64,000 nucleotides of DNA, from positions 141,779-205,778 of the forward strand of contig CAMYJU010000003.1 in NCBI GenBank assembly GCA_947258795.1. The letters run 5' to 3'. The translations under genes were made by a program, and so were the position numbers. The notes under the pieces are model-generated. The model was not told the origin of the DNA and ran no database searches. It was given only the letters and a program-made list of their open reading frames with translations. This document shows, piece after piece, positions 9,715 to 19,104 of this stretch. This stretch comes from an uncultured Gammaproteobacteria bacterium (GTDB taxonomy: Bacteria; Pseudomonadota; Gammaproteobacteria; DRJJ01). The first letter of the stretch is position 1. Every line of letters begins with the position of its first letter.

Positions 9715-9856
9715 CTGATGTGAATATATCACAGCAGTATATAAGAAGTTAATGATATGTTAGCCAGACATTAGCACAGGCTGTGCAGTGATCCCCGGAC
9801 AAAGTACAGGCCTTATGCTAGTTTAGCGTCAACGAGTAAGGTTCAAGGAGCCATCC

Positions 9857-10036
9857 ATGCTGATACGTTCATTTTTATTCACCGCAGTCGTCGCAGCTGG
9901 CATCGCCCTGGTCATGTGGCTGGTTTCGCTGATAACCGGCGATACGGACTTACGTTTAATCATTGTTCTGGTTACCGTTTTCCTGATTGCATGGTTCTGG
10001 GTGTACCAGGGAATGCGTGACAAAATGATAAAATAA
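9857..10036 (+). CDS. Unannotated 59-aa two-TM membrane protein (MLIRSFLFTAVVAAGIALVMWLVSLITGDTDLRLIIVLVTVFLIAWFWVYQGMRDKMIK)
   Basis: ATG at 9857 with AGGAG 7 nt upstream, two hydrophobic helices, stop TAA at 10034-10036. The minus-strand track ORF 9829-10023 is probably its shadow. Confidence 0.4.
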   Translation: MLIRSFLFTAVVAAGIALVMWLVSLITGDTDLRLIIVLVTVFLIAWFWVYQGMRDKMIK

Positions 10037-10064
10037 GTATCCTTTTTCGAACTGGCTGAGCCTG

Positions 10065-10616
10065 ATGTCTTTACCCGAGCGGGAAGATCAGATTATTAGC
10101 ACGCATGCGCCATTGATCGTGTTGACCGCGCAGGTATGTCTGGGCGCTCAACCACGCCAGGAACTGGATGGTATTCTGGTCAAATTTGAGCGTATCGGGC
10201 AGACACAACTGGTATCGGCGATTCGCCGCATTTTGTCCGGTGAGCGTGAGACCTCGGTGCTGAACGGTCTGGATCAGGACGACCAGGTGATCGTCAGCGC
10301 GATGTTGCGGGGTATTCAGGACCCTCGAACCTTGCCGGACCCGACACCACAGGCCGACCCGGTCACCGCAGCGCCCGGGCTGGCTGCGATCATACATGCC
10401 GCGGCACTAGGCGATGTGCAGGCCTTACAGATTATTTCAGCGATGGCGGAGCAGATGACCGCGGCCGGTGGTGATATGGCCCGCACCGGTGGCGTGATAC
10501 GCAAGTTGATCGATGGCGAACGTGACCTGGATGTATTGAGTGCCGGGATGGGTGCCCATGGTCAGTCGCTGATGAAGTCACTGGTGGAAGAACTCGCTAA
10601 ACTCTCAACCAACTGA
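10065..10616 (+). CDS. Hypothetical protein with an internal two-fold repeat (IRRILSGERETSVLNGLD / IRKLIDGERDLDVLSAGMG)
   Basis: 183-aa ORF rich in A/G/L with the two halves showing the same motif. No family recognised. Confidence 0.5.
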   Translation: MSLPEREDQIISTHAPLIVLTAQVCLGAQPRQELDGILVKFERIGQTQLVSAIRRILSGERETSVLNGLDQDDQVIVSAMLRGIQDPRTLPDPTPQADPVTAAPGLAAIIHAAALGDVQALQIISAMAEQMTAAGGDMARTGGVIRKLIDGERDLDVLSAGMGAHGQSLMKSLVEELAKLSTN

Positions 10617-10694
10617 AATTCGCCATAGCCTGATCAAGCTTCCAGGCATGCCTTGCACTTGCCTGGGCTGTCCTGGAATGAGACAGTAAGTTCC

Positions 10695-11186
10695 ATGATC
10701 TATTTCTCATATGGCTCCAATATGCCAACTGCACGCATCCGCTCACGTATCCCGGCTGCCAGGCCGGTCACGGTTGCCTTGCTCAGGGAGCATCAGCTCG
10801 TGTTTCATAAATGCGGAACCGATGGTTCCGGGAAGTGCGATGTCGTGCATACCAGTAGGTCCAGTGACCTGGTTTATGGGGTGGCCTGGGAAATCATAAG
10901 CCCCGACAAGCTGGTACTGGACAGGATTGAAGGCCTGGGAAAGGGCTATGAACAGAAACAGGTCAGTATAGCCACCCCGCATGGCGAAACATTCAGGGCC
11001 TATACCTACTACGCCAGTTTGACCGATCCGGAGCAGCGGCCGTACTCCTGGTACAAGGAGCATGTATTACGCGGTGCGATAGAGCATGGCCTGCCGGAAA
11101 GCTATATCAGGTTCATACGCACAGTCGAGGCCCGGCATGACCCCGAACAACATAGGCATGATCAGGAACTGTCGATCTACCGTTAA
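10695..11186 (+). CDS. Gamma-glutamylcyclotransferase-like protein (GGCT/AIG2 fold)
   Basis: N-terminal YFSYGSNM motif at the proposed ATG 10695; about 160 aa; the track ORF begins earlier at TTG 10653. Confidence 0.7.
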   Translation: MIYFSYGSNMPTARIRSRIPAARPVTVALLREHQLVFHKCGTDGSGKCDVVHTSRSSDLVYGVAWEIISPDKLVLDRIEGLGKGYEQKQVSIATPHGETFRAYTYYASLTDPEQRPYSWYKEHVLRGAIEHGLPESYIRFIRTVEARHDPEQHRHDQELSIYR

Positions 11187-11239
11187 CAACGGTTGTATTC
11201 TTAAACCAGATTATTCATGCCTAAATTCAGCAGAAACAC

Positions 11240-12208
11240 ATGACAAAACTTGATTATATTTATTCGAGACTCTCATCGGAGTCAGTCTGTAACCTGATTG
11301 GCTTTTACTATGACTTGCTCACTCCGCTTGGCTGTCAATTTTACGTGCTTGGATTGCATGACAATTACCTGGTAGATACCGAGCAGGGAAAATATATACT
11401 GCGCATTTACCGAAACGATTGGCGCAGCGAGGAAGAGATACTATTCGAACTTGACTTGCTGGACTATCTGCAAAAAAAGAACACAGGTATCGCTGGTCCC
11501 CTCTGCACTGCGGGTAAGGAGCTGCATTTCTCTGTGGAAACACCTGAAGGAGTCAGGCTGGCCGCTCTATTTAATTTTGCCGATGGCCGTGCACCGTGTA
11601 CCGAGCTTTCCGTCAGGGAAAGTGAACTGCTGGGCAAGGTCGTAGCGAATATCCATTTGGCCGGCACCGGGTTTGCTTCACAGTACCACAGGCCAAAACT
11701 GGATATCAGTTACCTGGTAGACGAGCAGCTTGAATTGCTGGATTCGTATATCGATAGCGACGGTATGCGTTACCTGGAGTCGGTACAGAAAAAAATTCAT
11801 GATCAGATACCCGGGTTAACGGATACCCCGGGAGTTTTCGGTATCTGCACCGGTGATGTAAACCCGTCAAACTTTCATATCAATGAAGAGGAGAAAATCA
11901 CCCTGTTTGATTTTGATCAATGCGGTTTTGGCTACAGGGCATTCGAAATTGGCAAGTTTTTTTCCTCGATATACACAAGAAAGGACAGGGACGAACTGGC
12001 GCAGGCGTTTCTGTCAGGCTATCAGGACCTGCGCAGGCTTGACCAGGCCGAACTTCAGGCCCTACCGTATTTCGAGATCGCATCGGTCATCTGGGTGATG
12101 GGTATACACGCCAGCAATGCAGACCGGATCGGGCAAAAATATCTAGGCGGGCCGTTCTGGGAACGTCGTCTGGAGGTGGTAAAAGAGCTGGAATTGTCAC
12201 TGCCGTAA
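11240..12208 (+). CDS. Phosphotransferase-family kinase (APH/choline-kinase/HSK-II fold)
   Basis: Catalytic-loop-like TGDVNPSNFHI and DFDQCGFG (DFG-like) motifs, 322 aa. Confidence 0.75.
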   Translation: MTKLDYIYSRLSSESVCNLIGFYYDLLTPLGCQFYVLGLHDNYLVDTEQGKYILRIYRNDWRSEEEILFELDLLDYLQKKNTGIAGPLCTAGKELHFSVETPEGVRLAALFNFADGRAPCTELSVRESELLGKVVANIHLAGTGFASQYHRPKLDISYLVDEQLELLDSYIDSDGMRYLESVQKKIHDQIPGLTDTPGVFGICTGDVNPSNFHINEEEKITLFDFDQCGFGYRAFEIGKFFSSIYTRKDRDELAQAFLSGYQDLRRLDQAELQALPYFEIASVIWVMGIHASNADRIGQKYLGGPFWERRLEVVKELELSLP

Positions 12209-12536
12209 CAGGTTTGCTGAAACAGACCGAATTCCTGCCTGGCATGTGAATTAAAGTTCTTATAGAGCAATACCTGGATCAAGAGCAGACGTCTGGCTGG
12301 TTGAACCTTACAGGTACCCACTTTTCTGTGTCATGCTGCTGATTACCAGGCGATACCCGTATCGTGTAAATATGGCCGGTTTTTAACCTCAAATCAACGG
12401 ATTTTAGTAATCTATGCAGTTGGACAGGTGAAATACTGTGGTCATGTACAGCTGTGGTGACGTATAATTTTGGGCTAATAATAATGCTTGCCGCCTGGCG
12501 TGAGTGTCCGGCGCTGATCTACCAGGTGAGGTACAC

Positions 12537-12959
12537 ATGGCTGTTAAAAATATCACTGCTACGGGCGTACTACTGCGTTTTCTGTTTGCGCTGGTACTGG
12601 TGCTCGGCACCTATAATCCGGAAGGCTATTCATACTTTGACTGGGCGTTGAGAGATATCTCCGCATTTACCATTCTGAAGGCCTTTGTCGGTGTGGTGTT
12701 GCTGATTGGTTGGGCGATGTATGTTCGCGCAACGATCCAGTCACTGGGTACAGTCGGACTGATACTGGCGATCGCGTTTTTTGTAACCCTGTTATGGCTG
12801 ATCGTCGATATCGGCATCGTGCCGGCTGACAGTGTGCGTGCGATTACCTGGCTGGTGCTGGTGGCGATGTGCGGTGTACTGACCGCGGGTATGACCTGGT
12901 CGCACATACGTCGACGTGTCAGTGGCCAGTTTGATGTTGATGAAGTCGATAACGATTGA
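12537..12959 (+). CDS. Hypothetical four-TM membrane protein
   Basis: ATG at 12537 with AGGTGAG RBS. Four hydrophobic helices. The track ORF starts at 12504. Confidence 0.6.
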   Translation: MAVKNITATGVLLRFLFALVLVLGTYNPEGYSYFDWALRDISAFTILKAFVGVVLLIGWAMYVRATIQSLGTVGLILAIAFFVTLLWLIVDIGIVPADSVRAITWLVLVAMCGVLTAGMTWSHIRRRVSGQFDVDEVDND

Positions 12960-12995
12960 GGCGTCTTTAGCTGATCTGTACCAGACAGGGGCTGA

Positions 12996-13136
12996 TTACA
13001 TATTCTGGCAATGACAGTCCCCGCTGCTGTGACACAGATACCTGATTGCACTGACGGCAATAACAGCAACGAAAATGCCGATCAGTGTAAGGCTGTCTAT
13101 CGTAATGGTCGATCCAAACGCTGAAAATTCGAACAT
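12996..13136 (-). CDS. Unannotated 46-aa membrane peptide with Cys/His-rich tail (…IRYLCHSSGDCHCQNM)
   Basis: ATG at 13136 with GGAGGA RBS at a 4-nt spacer, one TM helix, stop TAA at 12998..12996. Below the 60-aa cut-off of the track. Confidence 0.35.
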   Translation of the reverse strand: MFEFSAFGSTITIDSLTLIGIFVAVIAVSAIRYLCHSSGDCHCQNM

Positions 13137-13272
13137 CCTGTCCTCCTTCTGTTACTCAATAAAACAGGCAGAACAATAATAAGACTGTAACAATGTTACT
13201 GTGACCGGTTAGACAGTTCCAGTTGATAATAACTTTACGTTTGCTGATATTACACTCTTATCACTGGTAATG

Positions 13273-14670
13273 TCACAACATTTCCAGGTCGGGTATTCCT
13301 TCGGGTTGTTGTTCAACCTGTGTAGCGGCATCACGCAGGGCGCTTTGTATGGCCTCTTCGATGGTCGGGTGATAGAAAGGCATGCGTAACATGTCGAACA
13401 CGGTATACCCGCACTGTATGGCAAGGGTTATCAGTTGAATCAGGCTTTCACCTTTCGGGCCAACCATGGATGCGCCACGAATCAGGCCGTCCTTTTTATT
13501 CGCATAAATACGCAGCAGGCCCTTGTTCTTGCCCATGATCAGGGCACGGCCCAGGCCGCCAAAGCGCATCTGTCCGGTGATGGTCTCGTTTTCATCCAGT
13601 GTATCCGGTGTTTCACCGCACTGTACGATATTCGGATCGGAAAAATTGATTAACATCGGCACCCTTCTACGAAAAGCAACCGGCTCGTCACGTACGGCAT
13701 TGTAACCGGCAATCTTGCCTTCGTCGCTGGCCTCATGCAGTATGGGCCGGGACTGGGTGATATCGCCGGCAAGGTAGACCGGCAGGCCATCGATCTGCAT
13801 GGTGTTGGGATTATAGGGCGGCAGGTTGCGCTCGTTCAGCTCCAGACCCAATGACTCAAGACCCAGGCCGGCCAGGTTGGCCTTGCGTCCTATACACACC
13901 AGGGCCTTATCACATTCAAAACTGACATCACCGGCCGTGACCGTCAGGCCATCGCCATTGGCAGACAGGTTTACCTGATGGCCCAGGTGTAACGGAAACT
14001 CCTTGCCAAGGATCTGCATCGCCATGTCGTTAATCGCGGAATCCCTGATGCCACCAATTTCGCCGGCCATGTCAAAGCCCTGTACCTTGATGCCGATGCG
14101 TGACATGGACTGCCCCAGCTCCAGACCGATTACGCCCAGTCCGATCACGGCGATGCTGTCCGGCAAGCTTTCCTGTTCAAACAGGTTGTCGGTGGTCAGA
14201 ATGCGGTCACCCAGTTCCTGCCAGGATTCTGGTACGATTGGCCGTGAACCGGTGCACAGGACAATGCTTTTTGCATGCAGGGTCTCATTGTTGACCTCAA
14301 CGGTGTTCGGACCGGTAATTTTTGCATAACCCTCGATCAGTTCATCACCCATATTATCGGTACTGCTGCTTAGTACCATGTCGACAAAAGTGTCGCGCAT
14401 ATCCCGTATATGCTCCATGGTGTCATCACGCTGGACCGCCAGCGATTCATCGGTGGTGATGCCAAAACGGTCGAACAGGTTGCGCTGATGATAGGTTTCC
14501 GCCACCTGTATGGCGGCCTTGGATGGCATACAACCGACCCGGGCACAGGTAGTCCCGAGTTCGCCGCCGTTTATCAGTACGAAATTGTCGGTTTTACGTT
14601 TTACCTGTGCCATCGCATTCAGGCCGGCCGTGCCAGCGCCGATGATGGCGACATCCACTTCTCGCGTCAT
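13273..14670 (-). CDS. FAD-dependent pyridine nucleotide-disulfide oxidoreductase (dihydrolipoyl dehydrogenase-like, class I)
   Basis: GxGxxG FAD site (IIGAGTAGL), redox-active disulfide GTTCARVGCMPSK, second NAD(P) site, C-terminal dimerisation motif HPTIEEA. Confidence 0.85.
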   Translation of the reverse strand: MTREVDVAIIGAGTAGLNAMAQVKRKTDNFVLINGGELGTTCARVGCMPSKAAIQVAETYHQRNLFDRFGITTDESLAVQRDDTMEHIRDMRDTFVDMVLSSSTDNMGDELIEGYAKITGPNTVEVNNETLHAKSIVLCTGSRPIVPESWQELGDRILTTDNLFEQESLPDSIAVIGLGVIGLELGQSMSRIGIKVQGFDMAGEIGGIRDSAINDMAMQILGKEFPLHLGHQVNLSANGDGLTVTAGDVSFECDKALVCIGRKANLAGLGLESLGLELNERNLPPYNPNTMQIDGLPVYLAGDITQSRPILHEASDEGKIAGYNAVRDEPVAFRRRVPMLINFSDPNIVQCGETPDTLDENETITGQMRFGGLGRALIMGKNKGLLRIYANKKDGLIRGASMVGPKGESLIQLITLAIQCGYTVFDMLRMPFYHPTIEEAIQSALRDAATQVEQQPEGIPDLEML

Positions 14671-14762
14671 GTTACTTTCCAGGTTTGCAGCTTGTCGCTG
14701 ATCGATAAGGGTTTGAAGAAAACTGGAAGGCTATGATAGCAAAATTACCGAAAGGCTCCTAC

Positions 14763-15107
14763 TCAGGTCCGACGGGTATTCTGGCCAACCAGTTTTGCTT
14801 CAGGTACATACAACTGTATTGCGGCCGGCAGTTCCAGGCAGATACCCGGTATCGGTTTGACGCTGACCCAGAGCAGGCAGAGCTTGATATTCAGATCAGC
14901 GAATACCACGGCCTTGTGATAGGCCTGTAAAACCGACTGTATCGAATCAATCTTTTTTTGAAGCTGGTGCTCGGAGCGATTTTTCAGTCTCGGGATCAGC
15001 ATCATAAAGTCGCTGACCGGCCGGCCCTCATGATGGGTGGGCGCACGCTTCCATAGCGGTTCAGACGGTTCCAGGGCCCGGGCGAGCTTGATCGTGGTTG
15101 TTTTCAT
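14763..15107 (-). CDS. Doubtful hypothetical ORF in the 570-nt E3-like/GGDEF-EAL spacer
   Basis: 114-aa ORF with no recognisable features; codon usage is not discriminating. Listed only because the spacer is otherwise unexplained. Confidence 0.25.
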   Translation of the reverse strand: MKTTTIKLARALEPSEPLWKRAPTHHEGRPVSDFMMLIPRLKNRSEHQLQKKIDSIQSVLQAYHKAVVFADLNIKLCLLWVSVKPIPGICLELPAAIQLYVPEAKLVGQNTRRT

Positions 15108-15246
15108 CTGTCACCGGTGTATTTTGAGTCTGCCTGATTCAAAGCATAACCCTGTTTCGGCCGAATTCAACATTCCGTTGCGTGTTCATATAAAGAATAT
15201 CGCATGGCTGCCGATAAAATTTGAGATCTGCGTGTATGCAGTATGC

Positions 15247-17277
15247 ATGATGAGGAAAATCATGGGCTTGATGCAATCAACCGTCCGCGCCGGCATACAG
15301 AATCGCCTGATACGTGCGTTTTCGGTCACCAGTGCGGTAACCATACTGGCTGTGGTGATGATGGTTGGTATGGTTTTCTGGCACATGGCCATGCGTAACC
15401 TGGAACTGTCTGTCGAGCAGCTTGCACAAGTCCTGCTCACCCGCTCGGCCGAGAGCCGCACCCCGGTCAGGCTAGACCGGGAACTGGACGCGTCACGCCA
15501 GCAGGATTTGAAAATCTCCCTTGTCGGTATCAGCCACATCGGGCTCGACGGCCGGCATCTGGACAGCGATGGTCTGGTCTGGCCACAGGCCGCAGCGATA
15601 ACCGGCAAGGCCTATGAGCAGGCGCGTTTCGGTAATAGCGGTTTTAACATCTACAATCTTGAGAACCAGGGCGGTCCATCCAGCCTGATGTTCGTGCTAA
15701 TACCGCAGCGTGGCCAACATGGGTCGGCCCCCGATTATCTCGCCGCACTGTATTTTGATGTGAGCAAGGCCATGCAGGGTGTGCATGCACAGGTCGTCAA
15801 CTCGATGCTGACCACAGCCATGATACTGGTTCTGGCCTGGGGGATTGCCTATGTGGTTGTACAGCGGGGAGACCAGTTGATCAATCACCAGCAAATGTTG
15901 TTGCAGCGTACAGAAAAAAATCTTAACCAGGTCCTGTACCAGGATGCGCTGACCAGCCTGCCTAACCGCACCATGTTTTTACATCATCTGGAGCACGCGA
16001 TGACCCGGGTGCGCCGCTATGGCGGAAACCTGGCCCTGATAAGCATCGATGTCGATGGCCTGCATCATATTAATGCGAATATCGGTCCCGATGCCGGTGA
16101 TCATGTACTGATTGAACTGGTGCAGCGTCTTGGTCTGTGTATACGCGAATCTGACCTGCTGGTACGCCTCGGCGGTGACGAATTTGCGATCATCATGGAG
16201 GATCTGAATGATGCCGATGAATCCGCACAACTGGCTGAACGCTTGCGTGCGGTCAACAAGCGTGAGTTTGAAATCGACGGGCATGATGTCGATATCAGCC
16301 TGAGCATTGGCATCAGTGTTTATCCGGACGACGCGATCGATGGTGAAAGTCTGCGCCGTAATGCTGACATCGCTCGTTACCGCGTCAAGGACAAGGGTGG
16401 AAATTATTATCTGTTCTACTCACCGGAAATGAACAGGCGTTGCAGAAAACGCTTTACTGACCAGAAGGCCCTGCGCAGGGCCTTGCGCAGGAGTGAATTC
16501 AGGCTGTTCTACCAGCCCAAGGTCGAGGCCTCTACAGGCAGGCTGACCGGTATGGAGGCCTTGTTAAGGTGGAAACATCCGCAGCGCGGTATGCTCGCAC
16601 CCGCTGAATTTCTACACGAACTGGAACAAAGCGGCCTGATTGTCGATGTTGGCGAGTGGATAATCCGTCATGCCTGCGAGACCAATCATGCCTGGCAACA
16701 ACAGGGTAATCCCGGTCTGGTCATATCCGTGAACGTTGATGCCCAGCAATTCCGTAAGGACAACTTTGTCGAAAAGGTTGACAGGATACTGACCGAGACC
16801 CGGCTGGCACCGTCACGGTTGCAGATCGAGGTGGTCGAGAACACGGTGATCGAAGACACCGAAAACGCAATTGAAAAAATGCAGGCCTTGCGTAATTTGG
16901 GTGTCAGTCTTGCTATCGATGACTTTGGCACCGGTTATTCATCGCTCAGCTACCTGAAAAAATTCCCGATCGACACACTCAAGATAGACCGTTCGTTTAT
17001 TACCAGACTGAATGAAAACATTGAAAACGCGGCGATCGTGACCGCGATCATGGGTATCTCGCATACCATGAAACTGGAAGCGGTTGCCGAGGGTGTGGAA
17101 ACCCTGGAGGAGCTGTCCTATCTGCATGCACTGGGTTGTCACCTGATACAGGGGTTTTTCTTCAGCAAGCCACTGAGCGAACAGGAGTTCGAATTATTAT
17201 TACAGGACAGTCAGAAACTCGAGCAGAAACTGCAGCTCGCCCGCATGACTGATGCGCAGCCAGCCAGCCCGGGATGA
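15247..17277 (+). CDS. Membrane-anchored bifunctional diguanylate cyclase/phosphodiesterase (sensor domain + GGDEF + EAL)
   Basis: Two TM segments flanking a periplasmic-like region, then RLGGDEF (intact A-site), EAL-domain motifs (QPKV...EALLRW, DDFGTGYSS, KIDRSF). Start chosen at ATG 15247 (MMRKIMG); the track ORF extends to 15037. Confidence 0.9.
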   Translation: MMRKIMGLMQSTVRAGIQNRLIRAFSVTSAVTILAVVMMVGMVFWHMAMRNLELSVEQLAQVLLTRSAESRTPVRLDRELDASRQQDLKISLVGISHIGLDGRHLDSDGLVWPQAAAITGKAYEQARFGNSGFNIYNLENQGGPSSLMFVLIPQRGQHGSAPDYLAALYFDVSKAMQGVHAQVVNSMLTTAMILVLAWGIAYVVVQRGDQLINHQQMLLQRTEKNLNQVLYQDALTSLPNRTMFLHHLEHAMTRVRRYGGNLALISIDVDGLHHINANIGPDAGDHVLIELVQRLGLCIRESDLLVRLGGDEFAIIMEDLNDADESAQLAERLRAVNKREFEIDGHDVDISLSIGISVYPDDAIDGESLRRNADIARYRVKDKGGNYYLFYSPEMNRRCRKRFTDQKALRRALRRSEFRLFYQPKVEASTGRLTGMEALLRWKHPQRGMLAPAEFLHELEQSGLIVDVGEWIIRHACETNHAWQQQGNPGLVISVNVDAQQFRKDNFVEKVDRILTETRLAPSRLQIEVVENTVIEDTENAIEKMQALRNLGVSLAIDDFGTGYSSLSYLKKFPIDTLKIDRSFITRLNENIENAAIVTAIMGISHTMKLEAVAEGVETLEELSYLHALGCHLIQGFFFSKPLSEQEFELLLQDSQKLEQKLQLARMTDAQPASPG

Positions 17278-17379
17278 CACACTTATAAATAGATATATAT
17301 GGGAATCAAATCTGATCTATAGTTAACAGGGAAGCCTGGTCAGCAGGCAGCTTCAAAAAACAACAACAAGGAAAGGGAA

Positions 17380-19029
17380 ATGAAGGCATCAGACCTGTTT
17401 GTAAAATGCCTGGAATCGGAAGGCATCGAATATATCTTCGGAGTACCGGGCGAGGAAAATGCCGATTTCATGATTTCACTGGAGGAGTCTTCCTCCATCC
17501 AGTTTATTCTGACACGCCACGAACAGGGTGCCGCTTTCATGGCCGAGGTCTATGGTCGCCTGACCGGCAATCCGGCTGGCTGCCTGGGTACACTGGGTCC
17601 GGGTGCGACCAACCTGATCACCGGGGTGGCTGACTCGAACATGGACCGGTCGCCAATGCTGGTGATTACCGGACAGGGCGCTTCCACGCGCCAGCACAAG
17701 GAGTCGCACCAGGTCATGGATGTGGTGGCGATGTTTGAACCGGTGACCAAGTGGGCACACTCCATTTTGCATCCTAACAGTATCCCCGAGGTCACGCGTA
17801 AGGCAATACGGCTTGCACGTATGGAAAAGCCGGGAGCCTGTCATATCGAACTGGCCGAGGACATTGCGAAAATGGAGGCAGACACCGAGGTGTTGATGCC
17901 GCAACGCTATCGCCGTCCGGTGGCCGATGACAAGATTGTCGACCGAGCCTTCGAGAAAATCAGCAAGGCCAGGCGCCCGATTATCATTGCCGGTAACGGA
18001 TGTATCCGCAAGCGTGCCAGCAAACAGTTACGGCGTTTTTGTGACAAGACCGGTATCGGCGTGATCAGTACCTTTATGGCCAAGGGCTGTGTGGATATGG
18101 ATGAGCCGTATTGCCTGTATACCATCGGTTTGCAGGCCAAGGATGTCGTGGCCTGCGCGGTCGAGGCTTCGGACCTGGTGATTACCATTGGCTACGATAT
18201 GGTCGAGTATCATCCGTATTTATGGAACCCGGACGGGGACAAGGACGTCATCCATATTGATTTTCTGCCCGCAGAGATCGATGCGGACTATCATCCTGAA
18301 ACAGAAGTCGTCGGTGACCTGGCACATACTCTGTGGATGCTGAATGAGCGTGTCGATCGCGCCGAACTGTCATTTGATCTGGGGCAGCAGGCCGCTACGC
18401 GCAAAGACATGACCGCCGAACTCGAGCGGTACAAGGATGATGACAGCGAAGACCTGATCAAGCCACAGAAAGTGCTGTGGGATGTACGTCAGGCGATGGG
18501 GCCGCAGGATATCCTGCTATCTGACGTGGGCGCTCACAAAATGTGGATTGCCCGTCATTACCAGTGTCATGAACCCAATACCTGCTTAATTCCCAATGGT
18601 TTCTGCTCCATGGGCTTTGCCCTGCCTGGAGCGATCGCAGCGGCACTGGTACACCCGGAGCAAAAGATTATGGCAATTTGTGGCGACGCGGGCTTTATGA
18701 TGAATGTGCAGGAAATGGAGACTGCGCACCGCCTGAAAAGCGATATTGTGGTCATGGTCTGGGAAGACCATTCCTATGGGCTGATTGTGTGGAAGCAGCA
18801 GAACCAGTTTGGCCGACATACAGAACTGTCTTTTGGTAACCCGGACTGGTTGCAACTGGCTAGTGCGTTTGGCTGGTATGGACACCTGGTCGGCAAGAGT
18901 AGTGAGCTGCGCGCGATCGTGGACCAGGCACTGGAGGAGGAAGGGCCGAGCCTGGTGGTCGTACCAATAGACTATGCTGAAAACATGAGCCTGACTGAAC
19001 GCCTGGGCAATATCTCCTGTCCAATCTGA
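17380..19029 (+). CDS. Thiamine-pyrophosphate-dependent enzyme, acetolactate-synthase-large-subunit-like
   Basis: N-terminal TPP-Pyr domain (GIEYIFGVPGEEN), central domain, C-terminal TPP-PP-binding region (GDAGFMMNVQE). 549 aa. Substrate not assignable by eye. Confidence 0.85.
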   Translation: MKASDLFVKCLESEGIEYIFGVPGEENADFMISLEESSSIQFILTRHEQGAAFMAEVYGRLTGNPAGCLGTLGPGATNLITGVADSNMDRSPMLVITGQGASTRQHKESHQVMDVVAMFEPVTKWAHSILHPNSIPEVTRKAIRLARMEKPGACHIELAEDIAKMEADTEVLMPQRYRRPVADDKIVDRAFEKISKARRPIIIAGNGCIRKRASKQLRRFCDKTGIGVISTFMAKGCVDMDEPYCLYTIGLQAKDVVACAVEASDLVITIGYDMVEYHPYLWNPDGDKDVIHIDFLPAEIDADYHPETEVVGDLAHTLWMLNERVDRAELSFDLGQQAATRKDMTAELERYKDDDSEDLIKPQKVLWDVRQAMGPQDILLSDVGAHKMWIARHYQCHEPNTCLIPNGFCSMGFALPGAIAAALVHPEQKIMAICGDAGFMMNVQEMETAHRLKSDIVVMVWEDHSYGLIVWKQQNQFGRHTELSFGNPDWLQLASAFGWYGHLVGKSSELRAIVDQALEEEGPSLVVVPIDYAENMSLTERLGNISCPI

Positions 19030-19104
19030 CAGGGCTGCGCGCCGTTGCCGATGTAACGCAAAAACCAGAATAGAATAATCGATTACAACAAGGACAGCAC
19101 AACA

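Noticed and set aside
9829-10023. 64-aa minus-strand track ORF
   Set aside because: It is antisense to the better-supported plus-strand 59-aa two-TM ORF (9857-10036), which has an AGGAG RBS.
12985-13010. GGGGCTGATT... resembling the 5' end of tmRNA
   Set aside because: No tRNA-like acceptor or T-arm, tag-peptide reading frame or 3' CCA-proximal structure follows. The region is instead the 3' part of a small minus-strand ORF.
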